Source: Calditrichia bacterium
GTDB taxonomy: Bacteria; Calditrichota; Calditrichia; JAJRVZ01
Direction: 5' to 3'
Length of the DNA: 64,000 bases
Assembly (NCBI GenBank): GCA_963765585.1
Contig: CAVXXB010000003.1
Span: 38,025 to 102,024, forward strand
Below, in pieces: positions 60,588 to 64,000 of this stretch. Each line of letters begins with the position of its first letter. Position 1 is the first letter of the stretch. The position numbers and the translations under genes were made by a program. Below the pieces are notes generated by a model that was given only the letters and a program-made list of their open reading frames with translations, was not told the DNA's origin and searched no databases.

Positions 60588-61838
60588 TTGATGACATCAC
60601 AGGATTTTATTGCACTTGAAAATAAATATGGCGCCCACAATTATCATCCTCTTGATGTGGTGATTGATCGCGGTAAAGGTGTATGGGTCTGGGACGTCGA
60701 AGGTAAAAAATATATGGATTTTTTAAGTGCCTATTCTGCTGTCAATCAGGGACACTGCCATCCCAAAATTATAGACGCATTTTCTCGTCAGGCTAACAAA
60801 CTGACACTCACCTCACGTGCCTTTTATAACAGCGTATTAGGCAATTATGAGAAATATATAACCGAATTATTTGGATATGACAAAGTTTTACCCATGAACA
60901 CGGGTGTTGAAGGTGGCGAAACGGCCATAAAACTGGCCCGGAAGTGGGCATATAAAGTAAAGGGTGTACCTGATCAAAAAGCAAAAATTATTTTTGCTGA
61001 GGGTAATTTTCATGGTCGCACTTTGGCAATTATCTCCGCCTCTACAGATCCCGATGCCAGAGATGGTTTTGGCCCCTATATGCCCGGTTATGAGATTATT
61101 CCTTATAATAATTTAGATGCGCTTAGTGAGGCAGTGAAAGATCCGAATGTGGCAGCATTTATGGTGGAACCCATCCAGGGTGAGGCAGGCGTTTATGTAC
61201 CCGATGAGGGCTATCTCAAAAGTGTGGAAAAAATTTGTCGTGATAATAACGTTCTTTTAATCTGCGATGAAGTGCAGACAGGACTGGCCCGAACCGGCAA
61301 AATGCTGGCATCTGATCATGAAAATGTAAGACCCGATATCCTGATCCTCGGAAAAGCTTTGTCAGGCGGTGTTATGCCCGTTTCTGCAGTTCTGGCTGAT
61401 GACGAAATTATGCTGACCATTCAACCCGGTGAACATGGTTCGACCTTTGGTGGAAATCCACTGGCATGTGAGGTCGCCATGGCAGCACTGGAAGTTCTCA
61501 GAGAGGAAAATCTGGCAGAAAATGCCGATCACCTGGGGAAACTATTTCGATCAGAACTATCCAAACTTATGGAGAAACACTCTTTTGTCACCATGGTTCG
61601 TGGTCGTGGATTGTTAAATGCAGTTGTAATCGAGCCACAAGGCGATGACAAAACCGCCTGGGAATTCTGCGTAGAATTAAAGAAAAAAGGCCTGTTGGCA
61701 AAACCCACCCATGGCAATATTATTCGTTTTGCACCGCCACTGGTTATAACCGAAGAAGAGATTATGTGGGCGGTGGGGGTAATTGAAGAAGTGATGAGTG
61801 AGTTTGTGGAGCAGGAAAAAGCAGAAATGGTGAGTTAG
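60588..61838 (+). CDS. rocD: Ornithine aminotransferase (class-III PLP aminotransferase)
   Basis: [12 protein letters not shown] and [16 protein letters not shown]. The PLP lysine context is ILGKALSGG. 416 aa. Confidence 0.85.
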   Translation: MMTSQDFIALENKYGAHNYHPLDVVIDRGKGVWVWDVEGKKYMDFLSAYSAVNQGHCHPKIIDAFSRQANKLTLTSRAFYNSVLGNYEKYITELFGYDKVLPMNTGVEGGETAIKLARKWAYKVKGVPDQKAKIIFAEGNFHGRTLAIISASTDPDARDGFGPYMPGYEIIPYNNLDALSEAVKDPNVAAFMVEPIQGEAGVYVPDEGYLKSVEKICRDNNVLLICDEVQTGLARTGKMLASDHENVRPDILILGKALSGGVMPVSAVLADDEIMLTIQPGEHGSTFGGNPLACEVAMAALEVLREENLAENADHLGKLFRSELSKLMEKHSFVTMVRGRGLLNAVVIEPQGDDKTAWEFCVELKKKGLLAKPTHGNIIRFAPPLVITEEEIMWAVGVIEEVMSEFVEQEKAEMVS

Positions 61839-61970
61839 GTACTGGGCTCTCGGTACTGGGCTCTCGCCGCTTGGCACTCGTTTGTAAATGAACACCAAGT
61901 GATAATGACATAACAATTAGCATCGGCATCCAAAAACGAGTACCGAGTGCCTAGTACCCGAGAGCCGAGC
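61838..61970. repeat. ~45-bp inverted repeats of (GGTACTGGGCTCTC)-type units flanking a ~45-bp core, between convergent rocD and glgC
   Basis: Left arm: ggtactgggctctcggtactgggctctcgccgcttggcactcgtttg. The right arm reverse-complements to ggctcggctctcgggtactaggcactcggtactcgtttttg. Confidence 0.7.
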
Positions 61971-61974
61971 CAAA

Positions 61975-63252
61975 TCAAATTATTGTCCCATGCGGTATTA
62001 CAGCGCCTTTTGGTACAATAATAATTCCATCCCGTATAGCATAATTATCCTGAAATGTTTCTGTTATCTGCTCACGATTAATCAACTGAACATTATCCCC
62101 CACCCTGACATCCAGATCCAGAATGGCATTTTTAATATAACAATTGGCCCCTATACCCAGATTGGGACGCCCTTTTTCCCGGTTCGTATTATGCTCGGCT
62201 ATTGTTTCATACTTTGCATTACCCATCACAATCGAGCCCTGAACGTGAGAACCATGATCAATATATGACCTGATTCCGATCACAGAATGTTCAATTTTCG
62301 ACTGCAGGATGATCGATCCTTCAGCAAGAATGGAATCGATAATATGACAGTCATTAATCTTCGTAGCCGGTAAAAATCTGGGACGTGTATAAAAACGATG
62401 TTCTTCATCGTAAAAATTAAAATCCGGTACGGGTTTGGTCAGATCCATATGTGCTTTTAAGAAGCTGCTGATACTACCGATATCCTGCCAATAATCATCA
62501 AAGAAATATGCAGAACAGTTAAGTGTTTTAAGTGCGTCCGGGATAATTTCACGGCCAAAATCCTGTTTATTATTATTCTCAAGTGCATCAAACAGGACCT
62601 GCTTCTTGAAAATGTAAATGCCCATGGAGGCTAAATGAGTGCGGTTTCCGGACTCAATATCGAAGTTCTTAAAAAGTTGTTTAGAAACCCGAAACTTATC
62701 CAGTATTTTCTGGTCTTTTGGCTTTTCATAAAATGCTGTGATTTTACCGTCCCGATTGGCTTTTAGTATACCGAACTCTCCCGCTTCATTTTCGTGAATT
62801 GGTTTTACGGCAATTGAGATATCCGAATCTGTCCGCAGGTGATAGTCAAAAAATTTACGGTAATCCATGCGATAAAGATGATCGCCTGACAAAATAATAA
62901 TATGGTCATCAATGTTCCGGAAGAAAAGCAGGTTTTTACGCACCGCATCGGCCGTACCCTGATACCAGTCCATAATCTCTGCTGTTTGTTGTGCTGCCAA
63001 TATTCTGATATAACCGCCTGAGAAACTGTCAAAACGGTAGGTGAGATGAATGTGGCGATGTAGTGATTCGGAATTGAATTGTGTCAGGATAAATATATGA
63101 TTGATATCCGAGTGCAGGCAATTGCTGATTGGGATATCAATTAAGCGAAACTTTCCGGCAATCGGAACTGCTGGTTTTGCGCGCATTTTTGTCAAGGGTT
63201 GAAGACGAGAACCTTGTCCACCACCAAGTATCAAAGCAGATAATCGGACCAT
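61975..63252 (-). CDS. glgC: Glucose-1-phosphate adenylyltransferase
   Basis: LILGGGQGSRLQPLTKMRAKPAVPIAGKFRLIDIPISN is the GlgC N-terminal signature. It has a left-handed beta-helix C-terminus. 425 aa. Confidence 0.9.
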   Translation of the reverse strand: MVRLSALILGGGQGSRLQPLTKMRAKPAVPIAGKFRLIDIPISNCLHSDINHIFILTQFNSESLHRHIHLTYRFDSFSGGYIRILAAQQTAEIMDWYQGTADAVRKNLLFFRNIDDHIIILSGDHLYRMDYRKFFDYHLRTDSDISIAVKPIHENEAGEFGILKANRDGKITAFYEKPKDQKILDKFRVSKQLFKNFDIESGNRTHLASMGIYIFKKQVLFDALENNNKQDFGREIIPDALKTLNCSAYFFDDYWQDIGSISSFLKAHMDLTKPVPDFNFYDEEHRFYTRPRFLPATKINDCHIIDSILAEGSIILQSKIEHSVIGIRSYIDHGSHVQGSIVMGNAKYETIAEHNTNREKGRPNLGIGANCYIKNAILDLDVRVGDNVQLINREQITETFQDNYAIRDGIIIVPKGAVIPHGTII

Positions 63253-63360
63253 TTTTTTCCTCAGTAAATTTAGTTACACAAAGGACACGAAGAGGGCACG
63301 GAGAGCACCAAGATTTCTAATGTCAGGTTCCCAATACCCAATTACTAATTACAATAACAT

Positions 63361-63702
63361 CTATTTAATAAATTTTTCTATCGCTTGTTCATCAAAACCA
63401 ACATGGTACTTACCATTATTTTCAATTAACGGACGTTTGATCATGGATTGTTCATTTAAAAGATTATCAAATTTTTCCTTTTCACTCATCTGATCAAAGT
63501 TCAGATGCAACCGGCGGTAGGTGGTACCTTTCTTATTAAAAACGGTATCCATACCAAGATTTGCAATAATTTTTGTTAAATGACCTTCAGATATGGGGGT
63601 TTTACGTACATTTATAAATTCATAAGCAACCTGCTTATCATCAAGAATTTTAATTGTATTCCTGATTTTACTTCAATTTGGAATTCCATAAAGTCTTAGC
63701 AT
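63361..63702 (-). CDS. ArsC/YffB-family (Spx/ArsC thioredoxin-fold) protein with in-frame TGA at the catalytic-Cys position (candidate selenoprotein)
   Basis: ATG at 63702..63700 with an AAGGA RBS. Reading through the TGA at 63675..63673 gives MLRLYGIPN-U-SKIRNTIKILDDKQVAYEFINVRK...KKGTTYRRL...IKRPLI...GFDEQAIEKF. E. coli YffB is LYGIKNCDTIKKARRWLE...TRGTTWRKL...IKRPLL...GFSDSSYQQF, and ArsC is HNPACGTSRNT. The TGA codon aligns exactly with the family's active-site Cys. The track shows only the post-TGA ORF (63361..63552). Confidence 0.55.
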
Positions 63703-63798
63703 AAATTTTTCCTTCTCTTATCAAAGGTAGTGTAAAAAATAACCACAGAGTACACGGAGTTTTACTCGCTACTTAGCACTCGGTGCTCGGTTCTCGTC

Positions 63799-64000
63799 TT
63801 AATCAAGGGCATGAATCGAAGCGGCGACCACATTTGCCACCAGACTGCGCAGACGAACGACACTGGCCGAGTCATCCGGATGTACCCTGTTGGTTAGCAG
63901 AATCACTGCCGTTTGCGTCATGGGATCGATCCACATGGATGTCCCGGTATATCCTGTATGACCGTAAGATCCATATTGAAAAAGATCGCCACCATTGGAC
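63799..64000 (-). CDS. Serine hydrolase of the beta-lactamase/transpeptidase-like family (5'-partial, C-terminal end only)
   Basis: The reverse-strand frame is open to the window edge and ends in a TAA at 63801..63799. Translation reads ...SYGHTGYTGTSMWIDPMTQTAVILLTNRVHPDDSASVVRLRSLVANVVAASIHALD. The GHTG(F/Y)TGT...W(I/V)DP...LLTNR block is typical of the C-terminus of AmpC/EstB-like serine hydrolases. Confidence 0.5.
   Translation of the reverse strand, partial: SNGGDLFQYGSYGHTGYTGTSMWIDPMTQTAVILLTNRVHPDDSASVVRLRSLVANVVAASIHALD

Overview
This is a 64-kb bacterial chromosomal window of moderate-to-low GC, dense with genes on both strands. No rRNA, tRNA or CRISPR array was recognised by eye. 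The core is housekeeping and central metabolism: valS, rarA, rpoZ, xthA, PFOR (nifJ/por), glgP, glgC, a GDE-like debranching enzyme, rocD, split MetH modules, two MsbA-like ABC exporters, an NfeD/stomatin pair, a K+ channel, an M19 dipeptidase, a KamA radical-SAM protein and an archaeal-type ApgM.

Four things look unusual:
- An ~1800-aa ORF (32531..38017) appears to fuse a class-I PLP aminotransferase-fold domain to a divergent phosphoenolpyruvate-carboxylase-like domain. Both domains carry recognisable family motifs at canonical spacing.
- An ArsC/YffB-family gene at the right edge (63361..63702) has an in-frame TGA exactly where the family's catalytic Cys sits, making it a candidate selenoprotein.
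- Intergenic regions hold a recurring family of heptanucleotide-periodic simple repeats, often arranged as long imperfect inverted repeats. One is a ~370-bp MITE-like element. A separate 11-bp-stem palindrome occurs identically at two distant loci.
- A co-oriented block (43522 -> 38368) combines ApgM, a divergent and apparently split transketolase-like gene, and a sigma-54-activator homologue that has lost GAFTGA and its Walker motifs.

There is also a Na+/dicarboxylate symporter gene with an apparent frameshift and no canonical start. All functional calls come from reading the translated ORFs and remembered family motifs; no database search was possible.
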